From the IMG/VR virus record IMGVR_UViG_3300050015_000702: DNA of 64,000 nucleotides; one strand, given 5' to 3'. The translations under genes were made by a program, and so were the position numbers. Below, in pieces: positions 1 through 9,234 of the stretch (its first letter is position 1; every line of letters starts with the position of its first letter). The notes beneath the pieces were generated by a model. That model made no database searches and was not told where the DNA came from. It saw only the letters and a list, made by a program, of their open reading frames with translations. The DNA is from a virus.

Positions 1-174
1 GAATTTCTAGGGGTGATGCTAAAATTAGTAGCTGCCGCAACAATATTACTTGGGGTTAGAAGATTATCTGGAGACTTCAATAGTAAAAATTTAGCCGATG
101 CAGACGCAACAATTACTGATACAGCAACCAAAGCAGAATCGGCTGATAATGGAAAAGAGGGACAAACAACTTAA
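1..174 (+). CDS. 3' end of a protein truncated by the window edge, with a hydrophobic segment (possible membrane protein)
   Basis: Frame 1 is open from base 1 to TAA at 172-174: EFLGVMLKLVAAATILLGVRRLSG...KEGQTT; the next ATG is at 177. Confidence 0.6.
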   Translation, partial: EFLGVMLKLVAAATILLGVRRLSGDFNSKNLADADATITDTATKAESADNGKEGQTT

Positions 175-176
175 AT

Positions 177-503
177 ATGCCATTTAATCACGATTTTTCA
201 GACATACAGAATCTTCGATCGGCTGAACTTCATGTTGAGGGATGGGTTGACCCAATTTTCGTGGAATATGGTTTAGGAATGCATCAAGGAACTCCTTCTT
301 ATTTCTGGAGAGTAAAGGGGACAAAGCACACATTTGTTATTCCAGTTTTGAGAATGAACTTTATAAGCTCGGGGGATTATGAAACACACTTTAAAGACGC
401 TCTTCGACAATTTTGTACAGACTATCTTGAATGGAAAGAAGAAGGATTTACCACAGAATGGAGTCAAGAGTATCGAACCCAATTCTCCCGCTTCATCGCT
501 TAG
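177..503 (+). CDS. hypothetical protein
   Basis: 108-aa ORF, tight packing with neighbours, protein-like composition. Confidence 0.75.
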   Translation: MPFNHDFSDIQNLRSAELHVEGWVDPIFVEYGLGMHQGTPSYFWRVKGTKHTFVIPVLRMNFISSGDYETHFKDALRQFCTDYLEWKEEGFTTEWSQEYRTQFSRFIA

Positions 504-551
504 CGTTGAGGTAAAGGAAGTTAAAATAAAAAAAATTAAAATAGAGGAATA

Positions 552-1409
552 ATGGCAGAAGGAACAAGGTACTTTCAATTTCTAGCAGGACCCCGAAGAG
601 GAGAGGTTTTAGTATTAGATAGAATCGAAAGTGAAGACGGAGATATTTACATTAAGTTTAAGGATGAGTCCCGAATTAATGAAAATCTTGTAGCACAAAT
701 TAACCAGAAAGTTGTTACAGAAAAAATGATGGCAGAAATTGACCATCCCTCAAACTGTTGGAGATTTGTTGAAAAACCAGATGAGGATTCAAAACCAAGA
801 TTGGAGAAAGATGCACAGACCGGGGAGGTTTATGAAATACCCTCAGTTGATGATTTTGTTCATGCAGACTTAACTGGCGAAACTGGTGTTGTAAACCCCA
901 GAAAAAAGAAAAGAGCTATTGAGTTAATCCCTCCAAGAACCACCCCACCAAACCATTCCGTATTTGGTCAAATAAAGTCGTCTACAGTGACTCCTTCACA
1001 TGTTATAGATAATCCTGTACAAAATACGAAAGTTCAGCAGACACAAGCTAACGCACAGCCTCAAACAAATTCAAATGATCCTGTATGGCTGATGTGTAAC
1101 AGTTCGAAAAAATTCGATACTCCTGTTAATTTAACACTTACAATTTCCTTACCAAAGAAGAGTTTTTACAATGTAGCTAAAGAATCTTTCGAAAGTGGAG
1201 GTGAAAAAGTTGTAGAATATATAATTCAGAACCTGGACAATCAAAAGATCAAAGATGCACTTAAAATTGCTCTTATGGAAGCTTATGATGATTCTCCAGC
1301 TCCAATCAAAAAAGTATTACCCGAAGGTATGTTTATTCCTGAAACTGTTGAAGAACCCGAAATTAGTGGTCCTGTTGCAGTAGAAGGAACATTTCAAGAA
1401 GTAAAATAA
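552..1409 (+). CDS. hypothetical protein
   Basis: 285-aa ORF in an operon-like run; no recognised motif. Confidence 0.8.
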   Translation: MAEGTRYFQFLAGPRRGEVLVLDRIESEDGDIYIKFKDESRINENLVAQINQKVVTEKMMAEIDHPSNCWRFVEKPDEDSKPRLEKDAQTGEVYEIPSVDDFVHADLTGETGVVNPRKKKRAIELIPPRTTPPNHSVFGQIKSSTVTPSHVIDNPVQNTKVQQTQANAQPQTNSNDPVWLMCNSSKKFDTPVNLTLTISLPKKSFYNVAKESFESGGEKVVEYIIQNLDNQKIKDALKIALMEAYDDSPAPIKKVLPEGMFIPETVEEPEISGPVAVEGTFQEVK

Positions 1410-1414
1410 TTGCT

Positions 1415-1957
1415 ATGGCAATGGAAGAAAAACAAATAGAAAAGAAAATTGTAAAACAAGGAGACTACGAAGACGTAATTGAAATCGATGGCCACTTTTA
1501 TTTACTAGATAAGAAAGATAAAATTTGTATTCTTCCTTACACTATTTCAGCTGAAGGATTACTCGATCAGATCAGAGTTATTCAGGATTGGAACTTTATT
1601 GAAGAAGAAGAGGTACTCACTCTTATAAATGGTTACATCTTTACCGATGATCCAACTGACTTGGTAGCTGCTAACCGTATTTTATTTGAAGTTACCGGAG
1701 TAAATATTACCCAGGCAACGGAATGGATGTATTTGGGTGCTGTTTATAGCAACTTAACTTCCGACTCCCCTATTAAATTATATGCTGTCGACATTACCAA
1801 TATCAAAATACAGGAAGATGTAGAGCAAACTGATAAGAGGAAAAAATTCAAAATTATGAGTTCCTCCAGTGTTATCAGAACTGACGAAGTATTATTCTTG
1901 GCAGCTTACTTCAGACTCTTCAATTATTTCTACGTAAAGAGCCTTGAGAAAAAATGA
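1415..1957 (+). CDS. Nudix-fold protein with a degenerate Nudix box
   Basis: GYIFTDDPTDLVAANRILFEVTGV resembles GX5EX7REUXEEXGU but lacks key glutamates; followed by WMYLG. Confidence 0.5.
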   Translation: MAMEEKQIEKKIVKQGDYEDVIEIDGHFYLLDKKDKICILPYTISAEGLLDQIRVIQDWNFIEEEEVLTLINGYIFTDDPTDLVAANRILFEVTGVNITQATEWMYLGAVYSNLTSDSPIKLYAVDITNIKIQEDVEQTDKRKKFKIMSSSSVIRTDEVLFLAAYFRLFNYFYVKSLEKK

Positions 1958-1971
1958 TATATAGAATAAAA
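1956..1971 (+). promoter_or_regulatory. late-promoter-like motif GATATATAGAATAAAA
   Basis: Identical 16-mer at 3526-3541; lies 5 nt before the endonuclease ATG. Confidence 0.6.
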
Positions 1972-1976
1972 TCTGT

Positions 1977-2648
1977 ATGTTATTAAGATATCCGTATAAA
2001 TACAATTTTATCTACTTAACTAAAAATCGTCTCAATGATCATTATTATGTTGGATTTCATGCTACGAATAATTTAGATGATGGCTATTTAGGGAGTGGAA
2101 TATTGCTCAACAAAAAAATAAATGAATACGGAGTTGAAAATTTCTACAAGGAAATTTTAGAGCATATTGATCCTTCAGAATGGAGAGAAAAAGAAAAATA
2201 TTGGATTGAAACTAAAAAATCACATGTTCAATTTGGAAAAGGATACAATTTAACTTTTGGAGGGGATGGTTCTTCGGGATGCCCAAAATCTGACGAAACA
2301 AAACAAAAAATTAGTAACACATTCCAGAAAAATGGATCAAAGAAAAAAGAAAAGCATCACATGTGGGGAAAACATTTAAACCCAATACATAAAAATGCTT
2401 TAATTACTTCTAGAATCGGAAAAAAAACAGTTTATTCTGAAGATTCAAAAAAACAAATGTCTACTAGTGCAAGGAATAGAAAAACCCCAGGAAATTTTAA
2501 ACCTATAAATGAGAAAGATCAAGAATACATTTTAAAAAGATATTGCAAAGAACATATAACTCATTCCAGAATATCAATTGAAATAAATATGCACAAAGAC
2601 CGAATAAAAAGATTTTTAATCAACAAAAACGTATATGGATCCAGATAA
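1977..2648 (+). CDS. GIY-YIG homing endonuclease (Seg-like, free-standing)
   Basis: FIYLTKN...[19 protein letters not shown] and NUMOD3-like [10 protein letters not shown]. Confidence 0.9.
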   Translation: MLLRYPYKYNFIYLTKNRLNDHYYVGFHATNNLDDGYLGSGILLNKKINEYGVENFYKEILEHIDPSEWREKEKYWIETKKSHVQFGKGYNLTFGGDGSSGCPKSDETKQKISNTFQKNGSKKKEKHHMWGKHLNPIHKNALITSRIGKKTVYSEDSKKQMSTSARNRKTPGNFKPINEKDQEYILKRYCKEHITHSRISIEINMHKDRIKRFLINKNVYGSR

Positions 2649-2934
2649 AGAATACAACAATCACTTTAGATTATTAACGGAATCGGATATTCAAGCTCTT
2701 AAAGATATTCAAGGTCTCAAAGATCCTCATATTTTTGATTTACGCACACCTAAAAATCCTGATGGAAGATCCATTGATGGGTTTCCTGTTAGATTATCAG
2801 CCTTAAAAAACATTGAAACTTATTATATTAACGAGGAAGATTTTGCTAAGTTAAAGTTTACCGTCAGACTCATCTCCAAAGAAGAGTTCGATAAATATTC
2901 AACAGATGGCAGAACATTCCCTTATCTTTGGTAA
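2635..2934 (+). CDS. hypothetical protein
   Basis: 99-aa ORF overlapping the upstream stop. Confidence 0.65.
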   Translation: MDPDKEYNNHFRLLTESDIQALKDIQGLKDPHIFDLRTPKNPDGRSIDGFPVRLSALKNIETYYINEEDFAKLKFTVRLISKEEFDKYSTDGRTFPYLW

Positions 2935-3229
2935 AATGGAACTATTAAAAGAAAAAACCGAAACCGAAAAAAGACTCGACACAATTGCTGATCAGCAATT
3001 AAAAGATCTTAGCGAATTTCTTCAAAAAAATAAAGATAGCAAAGCAAAGATCATTCTTGAAATCAATGGTAATCAGGTAACTTGCATCTTTGAACTTGGT
3101 CAAGTTAATGAATTAGCCGAAAAATTCAATATCGATATTTTTCCAATGATGATTAATCAGCTTCTCAGAGAACATGTACAAGGTTCAAAAGAAGCAGAAA
3201 CTATTTCAGAGAAACCTACTACAATCTAA
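2906..3229 (+). CDS. hypothetical protein (start may be ATG 2936)
   Basis: 107-aa ORF in the same run. Confidence 0.65.
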   Translation: MAEHSLIFGKMELLKEKTETEKRLDTIADQQLKDLSEFLQKNKDSKAKIILEINGNQVTCIFELGQVNELAEKFNIDIFPMMINQLLREHVQGSKEAETISEKPTTI

Positions 3230-3240
3230 AACTTAAATAC

Positions 3241-3525
3241 ATGAACAGAAGAGAAAGACGCGCAATGGAAAAGAAGTTAGGTATATCCAAATACCGTAAT
3301 TCTTTACCTCTAGGAAAAAAGATGGAAATCATTCGTGAAAACATCATCGAAGGAAAAAAAACTCAGACTAAGAAAAAAGAAGAAGTCCGCGTTGAACAAA
3401 ACAAAGCCGAAATATCGGATTTAAATAAAAAAGTTGCTGACCGAGCTATTCAATTAATGCTTGGGCCAACTGGAATTGATTTATATTCTGCAACTGAACA
3501 AGCAAAAAAAGAGTTTGGGGCCTAA
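3241..3525 (+). CDS. small basic helical hypothetical protein
   Basis: Starts MNRRERRAMEKK; K/E-rich. Confidence 0.7.
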   Translation: MNRRERRAMEKKLGISKYRNSLPLGKKMEIIRENIIEGKKTQTKKKEEVRVEQNKAEISDLNKKVADRAIQLMLGPTGIDLYSATEQAKKEFGA

Positions 3526-3541
3526 GATATATAGAATAAAA
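3526..3541 (+). promoter_or_regulatory. late-promoter-like motif GATATATAGAATAAAA
   Basis: Identical to 1956-1971; directly precedes the endonuclease ATG at 3546. Confidence 0.6.
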
Positions 3542-3545
3542 CTAT

Positions 3546-4220
3546 ATGTCAGAAAAATCTCACTATGTTTATCTAACTACAAACTTAATTACCGGTAAAC
3601 AATATGTTGGTGACCATACAATAAACCCAAAAGAAAAAAGGTATTATATTGGTAGTGGTAAACCATATTTTGAATCAGCAAAAAAGAAATATGGTACCCA
3701 TAATTTTTTTAAAGAAATTTTGGAATGGTTTCCAACCAGAGAAGAAGCATATGAAGCTCAAGAAAAATATATTATACAATTTAATACTTTAAGTCCTTCT
3801 GGATATAATATAAGTCCAAAAGGAGGATATGGGGTAAATGAATCATTTTTAGGAGAAGAAACAAAAGAAAAATTAAGGAAAATAAATACTGGCAAAAAAT
3901 GGGGTCCCATGTCTGCCGAAACAAAAAAATTAATTGGGGAAGCCAATAAAATCTCTTTAAAAGGCAGAACTTTATCGGAGGAACACAAAAAACATATGCA
4001 AAAACCAAAATCCGAAGAGGCAAAAAAAAATATGGGGGGACGAATTCCATGGAATAAAAATAAAATAACAGGGCCTCTATCAGATGATGTTAAAAAAAAT
4101 ATGAGCAATGGGAAAAAGGGATGCAAACCATGGAATACGGGGAAGACTTGGACTGAAGAACAAAAGAAAAATTTATATAATCGGGTTCCATGGAATAAGG
4201 GGTTAATTTTAACAAAATAA
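3546..4220 (+). CDS. GIY-YIG homing endonuclease with NUMOD3-like repeats
   Basis: YVYLTTNLITGKQYVG, YYIGSG, GYNISPKGG; repeated SxETKxK and PWNK motifs. Confidence 0.9.
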   Translation: MSEKSHYVYLTTNLITGKQYVGDHTINPKEKRYYIGSGKPYFESAKKKYGTHNFFKEILEWFPTREEAYEAQEKYIIQFNTLSPSGYNISPKGGYGVNESFLGEETKEKLRKINTGKKWGPMSAETKKLIGEANKISLKGRTLSEEHKKHMQKPKSEEAKKNMGGRIPWNKNKITGPLSDDVKKNMSNGKKGCKPWNTGKTWTEEQKKNLYNRVPWNKGLILTK

Positions 4221-4222
4221 AT

Positions 4223-4822
4223 ATGAAGTTCTACATAACAGTCGAAGGTGTTCAAAAACTTAAAAGGTCTTTTCTTAATCTCAACCACCTAATGAATCAT
4301 TATGTTTATTTAACGACTAATTTAGTTAATGGTAAACAATATATTGGGGATCATATTATTAATTTCCAAGAAAAAAAGTTTTATATTGGAAGTGGTAAAC
4401 CATATTTTAAAGATGCTGTAAAGAAATATGGTGAATGCAATTTTTTCAAAGAAATATTGGAATGGTTTGAAACTAAAAAAGAAGCTTTTGATGCTCAAGA
4501 AAAATACATTAGCTATTTTTGTACTTTAGTTCCAAATGGATATAATATAAGCCCCACCGGAGGATTAGGCGTCAGAGGATGCCATAGTGATGAAACAAAA
4601 GATAAAATAGGAAAATCCGGTCAAGGAGTACCTAGACCTCATTCAAAAAATCATAATCTAAAAATCGGGTTAGGTAATAAAGGAAAAACTCATACAGAAA
4701 AACAAAATGAGGATATGAGACAAAAGAGACTCGGAAAATCCTATTCGCAGCAATCTAAAGATAAAATGGGGTTATCTCATAAAGGCCTTCATTATAATAA
4801 AAAACCAAAAATAGAAATATGA
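4223..4822 (+). CDS. GIY-YIG homing endonuclease fused behind a copy of the first 20 codons of the downstream gene (own ATG at 4292)
   Basis: MNHYVYLTTNLVNGKQYIG, FYIGSG, GYNISPTGG, HSDETKDKI; N-terminus MKFYITVEGVQKLKRSFLNL matches the start of 4819..5253. Confidence 0.88.
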   Translation: MKFYITVEGVQKLKRSFLNLNHLMNHYVYLTTNLVNGKQYIGDHIINFQEKKFYIGSGKPYFKDAVKKYGECNFFKEILEWFETKKEAFDAQEKYISYFCTLVPNGYNISPTGGLGVRGCHSDETKDKIGKSGQGVPRPHSKNHNLKIGLGNKGKTHTEKQNEDMRQKRLGKSYSQQSKDKMGLSHKGLHYNKKPKIEI

Positions 4823-4878
4823 AGTTTTATATAACAGTTGAGGGTATTCAAAAACTTAAAAGGTCTTTTCTCAATTTA
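4223..4878 (+). repeat. 60-bp imperfect direct repeat (4223-4282 and 4819-4878) flanking the endonuclease
   Basis: 52/60 identical; 7 differences are synonymous and one is V/I. Confidence 0.9.
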
Positions 4879-5253
4879 AAGTTATATTCAGTAATAAACG
4901 TACCAGAAATTTTATCGGATCTTGGATATACTTATTCCACTATCGATGACTATGGTGCTTTTATTGTTAATCAGAGAATAATGAGCTTGATAACCAATTA
5001 TGTGAAGTCCAAAAGGATTAGGGGGATTATTTATTCTAATCCTAACCTTAGCGGTGCAATTATAGGTAATCTTTTTGATGAATTAGAAGATGTAGAAAAA
5101 ATTTCAGATATTGTTGTACTGGATGACTACAATATTCCTAAACTTCAACGATATTATCCCTATTTTAGAGAGATCATTTTCTTCCCGTCAGTCAAGAAAA
5201 TACGATTAATAGAATGTAAACCCATTATTAAAGAAATAAATTGGAAAGTCTAG
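4819..5253 (+). CDS. hypothetical protein
   Basis: 144-aa ORF, ATGA overlap with the upstream stop, followed by a terminator. Confidence 0.8.
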   Translation: MKFYITVEGIQKLKRSFLNLKLYSVINVPEILSDLGYTYSTIDDYGAFIVNQRIMSLITNYVKSKRIRGIIYSNPNLSGAIIGNLFDELEDVEKISDIVVLDDYNIPKLQRYYPYFREIIFFPSVKKIRLIECKPIIKEINWKV

Positions 5254-5274
5254 CCTTTAGGTTAGACTTTTTTT
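5245..5274 (+). terminator. rho-independent terminator
   Basis: aaagtctagcc-ttta-ggttagacttt hairpin running into a T tract. Confidence 0.75.
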
Positions 5275-5280
5275 ATGGGT

Positions 5281-5297
5281 GAATATATAAAATAAAA
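5281..5297 (+). promoter_or_regulatory. late-promoter-like motif GAATATATAAAATAAAA heading the baseplate genes
   Basis: Identical 17-mer at 54235-54251; lies right after a terminator and 7 nt before the ATG. Confidence 0.65.
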
Positions 5298-5304
5298 GTA
5301 TCTC

Positions 5305-7695
5305 ATGGCTGACAATATAAGCAGTGCTAACAATCTTGACCAGAAAATTTCGGCAGCTCTTGACCAAATTACTTCTTCACCAAGCGCAATATTAAATTAT
5401 TGTGTTCTTTTGCCAGATTATAATGCAAAAATCATCGGAATCTATAATTCCATAGTTCCCCTGGGTTCGACTATTGGTACCAGTACTGGTCTAATTAGTT
5501 TTGAGACTGCTGCAAGAGTTTGGAAAGGAGCATTGGATGAAGCTAAAGTTGCTTTGGAGGATTCTTTGAGAAAGGACGATGTTCTTGCTGCTCAATCTCA
5601 GGCCACAAAAAATGTTACTTTAACTTCTAATGATGGAACTAATGATCAGGGAGCAGGTTCTGTAGCTCCTTTTGATAGAAGAATGCAAAGAATCTATCAG
5701 GGTTCTGATGGAAAAGATAGCGTCATAACTCCTTATGATACTCGTTTTGCCTCGGTAGCAACAACAGGATATTTAGTATCTGATAAAAAAGTAGAAGAGT
5801 CCAGTGTCGAAAACAAAAACGATATATTGGATAATCTGAAGAAAAAAAGAAATGAAATGTCGAAAGATGTTTTCTTTATGGGGGTTCCCTCCCTTATCAA
5901 TACTTATGCTATGACCCGTCTTTATGGAACGGATGGCGGGGATTATCTTATAAATGCAAAAGGAAGAAGGAAATGGTATGAAGTCGATCAAACTTCTAAT
6001 GATCAGCTAGGATTCACTTTAACACCTACAACAACTTCTCTTATATCTTGGGGAAATGGAGATCCTTATGGACGAACCCCTTATCATTTTACGGATTTTG
6101 TATTCTCAAAATTCTGGAATAGAGTTCCAAATAACCGTCTTATTACATTAAGAAGATTTGCTGCTCCTATCTTAGATAACATGAAATTCCCAGGAATGGA
6201 TGGAAACATTGCTACTGGGGATGCTACTACAAAAGCTCCTTCATCAGGGGGAACTGGATCTACTGCTACAAGTTTAGATACAGAAGCTACAGATAATGGT
6301 TCAGGTAAAAGAGTATCTTTTCCACCAATGGCTACAGCAGTTACGTACTTTGGAGATGAAACTGATAATAAATTAAGTGAGATTCTAAAATTCAGCGCAG
6401 GTTTAAACTGGGGTGAAGTTCAGGCAAACGTTTATGAAGTAAACACTCAGTCAAATCCCGATGTTGAACATGGTCCAGCAGGTATGTTTGGTTCATTAAC
6501 TTCACTATCTAAGATGTTAAACGTAGCAACGGGGAACTTTAATAACAGTGCTATTTTAAATCAGGGTAACCTACCACCAGACCCATATGCAAATGGTCCT
6601 TATGAAAATAGAGTTATCGGTCCTGTAAACAGAATCGATACTGTTAAGAAAAGAGAGGCTGGTCTAAAATTTGAAAACCCAATAGAGATAACTTTTGAAT
6701 ATGTGGCTAGACCAATTGGCGGGGTGAATACTAAAGCAGTTCTGTTAGACATATTATCTAACTTCCTTGTAATTGGAACAGCGTCAGCTATGTTCTGGGG
6801 AGGTCAACATAGATTTATGGCTCAACCACAACGTTATCCATTTATTGGAGGAAATAAAGGTATTCAACAATGGTATAGCGGTCAACCCCTAGAATGGGCT
6901 AAAACTTCAGTAACCGAATTTGCTGGTAATTTAACCTCTGCTGGAAAAGGAATTGGGGATTTTGCTAAAAACTTCTTCAATACTTTACTCGGAAAGGGAG
7001 GTGGTGCAAGTGGCTTTGGAGGAATTATGGATCTTTTAAGCGGTAATAATGTTGCTGGTAATTCTATTAAAGCTATTGCAGCTGAGAAATCAAAAGATCA
7101 AATCCCCTACCTAACAGGACTTCGTTCTCTTTTAATTGGTGAGCCTGTTGGAGAATGGCATGTTACAATAGGAAATCCTCTTAACCCAATTGCAATGATT
7201 GGGAACCTTATTTGTACCAAGATAGAAGTTGAGTTTGGCGATGAATTAGGCCCTGATGACTTTCCCCTTGATATTAAAGTTAAAGTTTCACTTGATCATG
7301 GAATGCCAAGAGATAGAGACGCAATCGAATCCATCTTTAACCGAGGTATGGGTAGAATTTATGATCTTTCAGATGATATGACTGGTAGCGCTGACTTTGA
7401 AACTCGAGTTGATAAAGTTACCGGTAACCAAAGTAAAACCGGAACTCAACCATATTTTGCAGGGGGAACAAATATTGCTACTTCTGGCCAAACTGGCGGA
7501 AATGTTGGGAAATCGGCTGTTTCCACTAATAAATTAGGAGGAGCCGTTAGTGTTTGGAATAGAGAAAAATTTGCATCAGTTTCTACAACACAGAACTTAG
7601 ATTTTATTTCTAAGGATCCTAATGGAAACCAAGCAATACTAAATAGGAGTGCCTTCAGAGCTGCTGAATGGATTTCACTAAAATCACTTAAGTAA
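5305..7695 (+). CDS. putative baseplate/tail-tube cap structural protein
   Basis: 796 aa, immediately upstream of the gp53-like gene; C-terminal WHVTIGNPLNPIAMIGNL...DDFP block with tube-like beta pattern; function inferred from context. Confidence 0.45.
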   Translation: MADNISSANNLDQKISAALDQITSSPSAILNYCVLLPDYNAKIIGIYNSIVPLGSTIGTSTGLISFETAARVWKGALDEAKVALEDSLRKDDVLAAQSQATKNVTLTSNDGTNDQGAGSVAPFDRRMQRIYQGSDGKDSVITPYDTRFASVATTGYLVSDKKVEESSVENKNDILDNLKKKRNEMSKDVFFMGVPSLINTYAMTRLYGTDGGDYLINAKGRRKWYEVDQTSNDQLGFTLTPTTTSLISWGNGDPYGRTPYHFTDFVFSKFWNRVPNNRLITLRRFAAPILDNMKFPGMDGNIATGDATTKAPSSGGTGSTATSLDTEATDNGSGKRVSFPPMATAVTYFGDETDNKLSEILKFSAGLNWGEVQANVYEVNTQSNPDVEHGPAGMFGSLTSLSKMLNVATGNFNNSAILNQGNLPPDPYANGPYENRVIGPVNRIDTVKKREAGLKFENPIEITFEYVARPIGGVNTKAVLLDILSNFLVIGTASAMFWGGQHRFMAQPQRYPFIGGNKGIQQWYSGQPLEWAKTSVTEFAGNLTSAGKGIGDFAKNFFNTLLGKGGGASGFGGIMDLLSGNNVAGNSIKAIAAEKSKDQIPYLTGLRSLLIGEPVGEWHVTIGNPLNPIAMIGNLICTKIEVEFGDELGPDDFPLDIKVKVSLDHGMPRDRDAIESIFNRGMGRIYDLSDDMTGSADFETRVDKVTGNQSKTGTQPYFAGGTNIATSGQTGGNVGKSAVSTNKLGGAVSVWNREKFASVSTTQNLDFISKDPNGNQAILNRSAFRAAEWISLKSLK

Positions 7696-7696
7696 A

Positions 7697-8341
7697 ATGT
7701 TTTTAAATAGCTTAGATAGAAAACCCCTTTTCCAAAAGGATGATGGTAATATAATCAGAGACTTAAGTCAATCTATGTTTGATTTTAAGACATCTAATTA
7801 TCTTTCATATCAAGCATATAGAGTTCCCATGGAATATCAGATGCGATGCGATTTAATCTCGCAGGCGGTTTATAACAATACGATTTATGCAGAATATATT
7901 CTGAAGTTTAATGGCATCTCGAATCCTTTCACCATCTCAAATGGAGATATAATTCTTGTACCTGACTTAAACTCTGCTAAACAAAATGTAAAACAAGAAC
8001 AAGAAGCTGCTGGAGATACAGCAGAAAGTAAGATTAGAAAATCCTACAAATATATTGACCCCACTAAAGCTCCAACTGCAGATCCAACTGCTATTAAATT
8101 TGATGCAAGAAATTTACAAAATAACCCTGGCGGAACTGCGGCAGCAAATGGCCAGGGATTAAACGAATTATCATTTGAAGAAGCCTTGCCACCTAATATT
8201 GCACCAGAAGGTCAGAATCAGGTAACTTATCGAAATGGAAGAGTTTACTTTGGAGAAGGAATTGGTCAAAGTGCTTGTTTACAAAATGGAATGTCTTCCG
8301 GAGAATTTTTAACTGCCATCATCAAAAGCAGAAATGTTTAA
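7697..8341 (+). CDS. baseplate wedge protein, T4 gp53-like (LysM-like)
   Basis: MRCDLISQAVYNNTIYAEYILKFNGISNPFTISNGDIILVP is a typical gp53/LysM pattern. Confidence 0.8.
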   Translation: MFLNSLDRKPLFQKDDGNIIRDLSQSMFDFKTSNYLSYQAYRVPMEYQMRCDLISQAVYNNTIYAEYILKFNGISNPFTISNGDIILVPDLNSAKQNVKQEQEAAGDTAESKIRKSYKYIDPTKAPTADPTAIKFDARNLQNNPGGTAAANGQGLNELSFEEALPPNIAPEGQNQVTYRNGRVYFGEGIGQSACLQNGMSSGEFLTAIIKSRNV

Positions 8342-9118
8342 AATATTTTGAAGTTTATCATAATTTTTATCAATAACTAATATGTAGTTAAAGCCATTAG
8401 CGATAGTGGCTTTTTCTTTTTCTTTTATTTTTTCTATATCTCTTTGATAAAGATATGAATTTTTTATTTCTATTATCAAATTAAGAGAAGGAATTAGAAA
8501 ATCCGGATAATAAATTTTGTTTTTTCCTTTATATTGATACCTAATTGTTGGGCCATTAATTATGTTTGGAAATATTTTCTGATATTTTTCAAGAAAATCC
8601 AATTCATAAGAACCCCTATAATTTATGCCTTTATATTCTTTAGACCAAAATGCTTTTTTCTGTGCAGATTCAAATAGCTGCTTATTTTGCATAGGATATT
8701 CGCATCCTAAATTTTTTAAAATAGTATTTCTTACTTTTTTATTAATGTCTCTATTATATAAAGTGCAGGTACACCCCCATATATCTAAATTTGTTTTTTT
8801 AGCTTTTTCAGGATTAACGTAATTTTCATCCCCGTATTTTTCTATCTTAGTATTTTTCTTAATTTTGGTTAATTTTTTATTATTGGCTGCACATTTGGTA
8901 CTACAAAATATCCGATATTCTCCTTTATGAAAATCTGTTTCATTTCCGCAGGTCTGACAAATCCCATCCCCGGCTTCCTTTCTCCATTTATCACAATATT
9001 CTTTTATGCTCTGATGATTTTTATTTATATGTCTCACCAAATTTTCTTTTTGAACAAAAAGCTGATTACACTCTTCACAAATGAAAAGCCCCTCTTGATT
9101 TTTTCTAAAATGTTTCAT
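8309..9118 (-). CDS. Zn-finger + PD-(D/E)xK homing-type endonuclease
   Basis: C2H2 finger CEEC...HINKNH, CQTC...FCSTKC, KYG-type repeats, C-terminal YYPDFLIPSLNLIIEIK. Confidence 0.8.
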   Translation of the reverse strand: MKHFRKNQEGLFICEECNQLFVQKENLVRHINKNHQSIKEYCDKWRKEAGDGICQTCGNETDFHKGEYRIFCSTKCAANNKKLTKIKKNTKIEKYGDENYVNPEKAKKTNLDIWGCTCTLYNRDINKKVRNTILKNLGCEYPMQNKQLFESAQKKAFWSKEYKGINYRGSYELDFLEKYQKIFPNIINGPTIRYQYKGKNKIYYPDFLIPSLNLIIEIKNSYLYQRDIEKIKEKEKATIANGFNYILVIDKNYDKLQNILNISAFDDGS

Positions 9119-9141
9119 ATTTTAACCTTTTTATTTTAAGG

Positions 9142-9224
9142 GAATATATAATAAAAGTGGGACAGTTAGTTTAACCTTCTAATTGCTTTACGCCAATAAA
9201 GCTAACCACTTTAAATATATATTC
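9142..9224. promoter_or_regulatory. face-to-face pair of late-promoter-like motifs enclosing a nested stem-loop
   Basis: GAATATATA 9142-9150 / TATATATTC 9216-9224; AAAGTGG 9154-9160 / CCACTTT 9206-9212; GCTTTA 9185-9190 / TAAAGC 9197-9202. Confidence 0.55.
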
Positions 9225-9234
9225 ATTTTTAATT

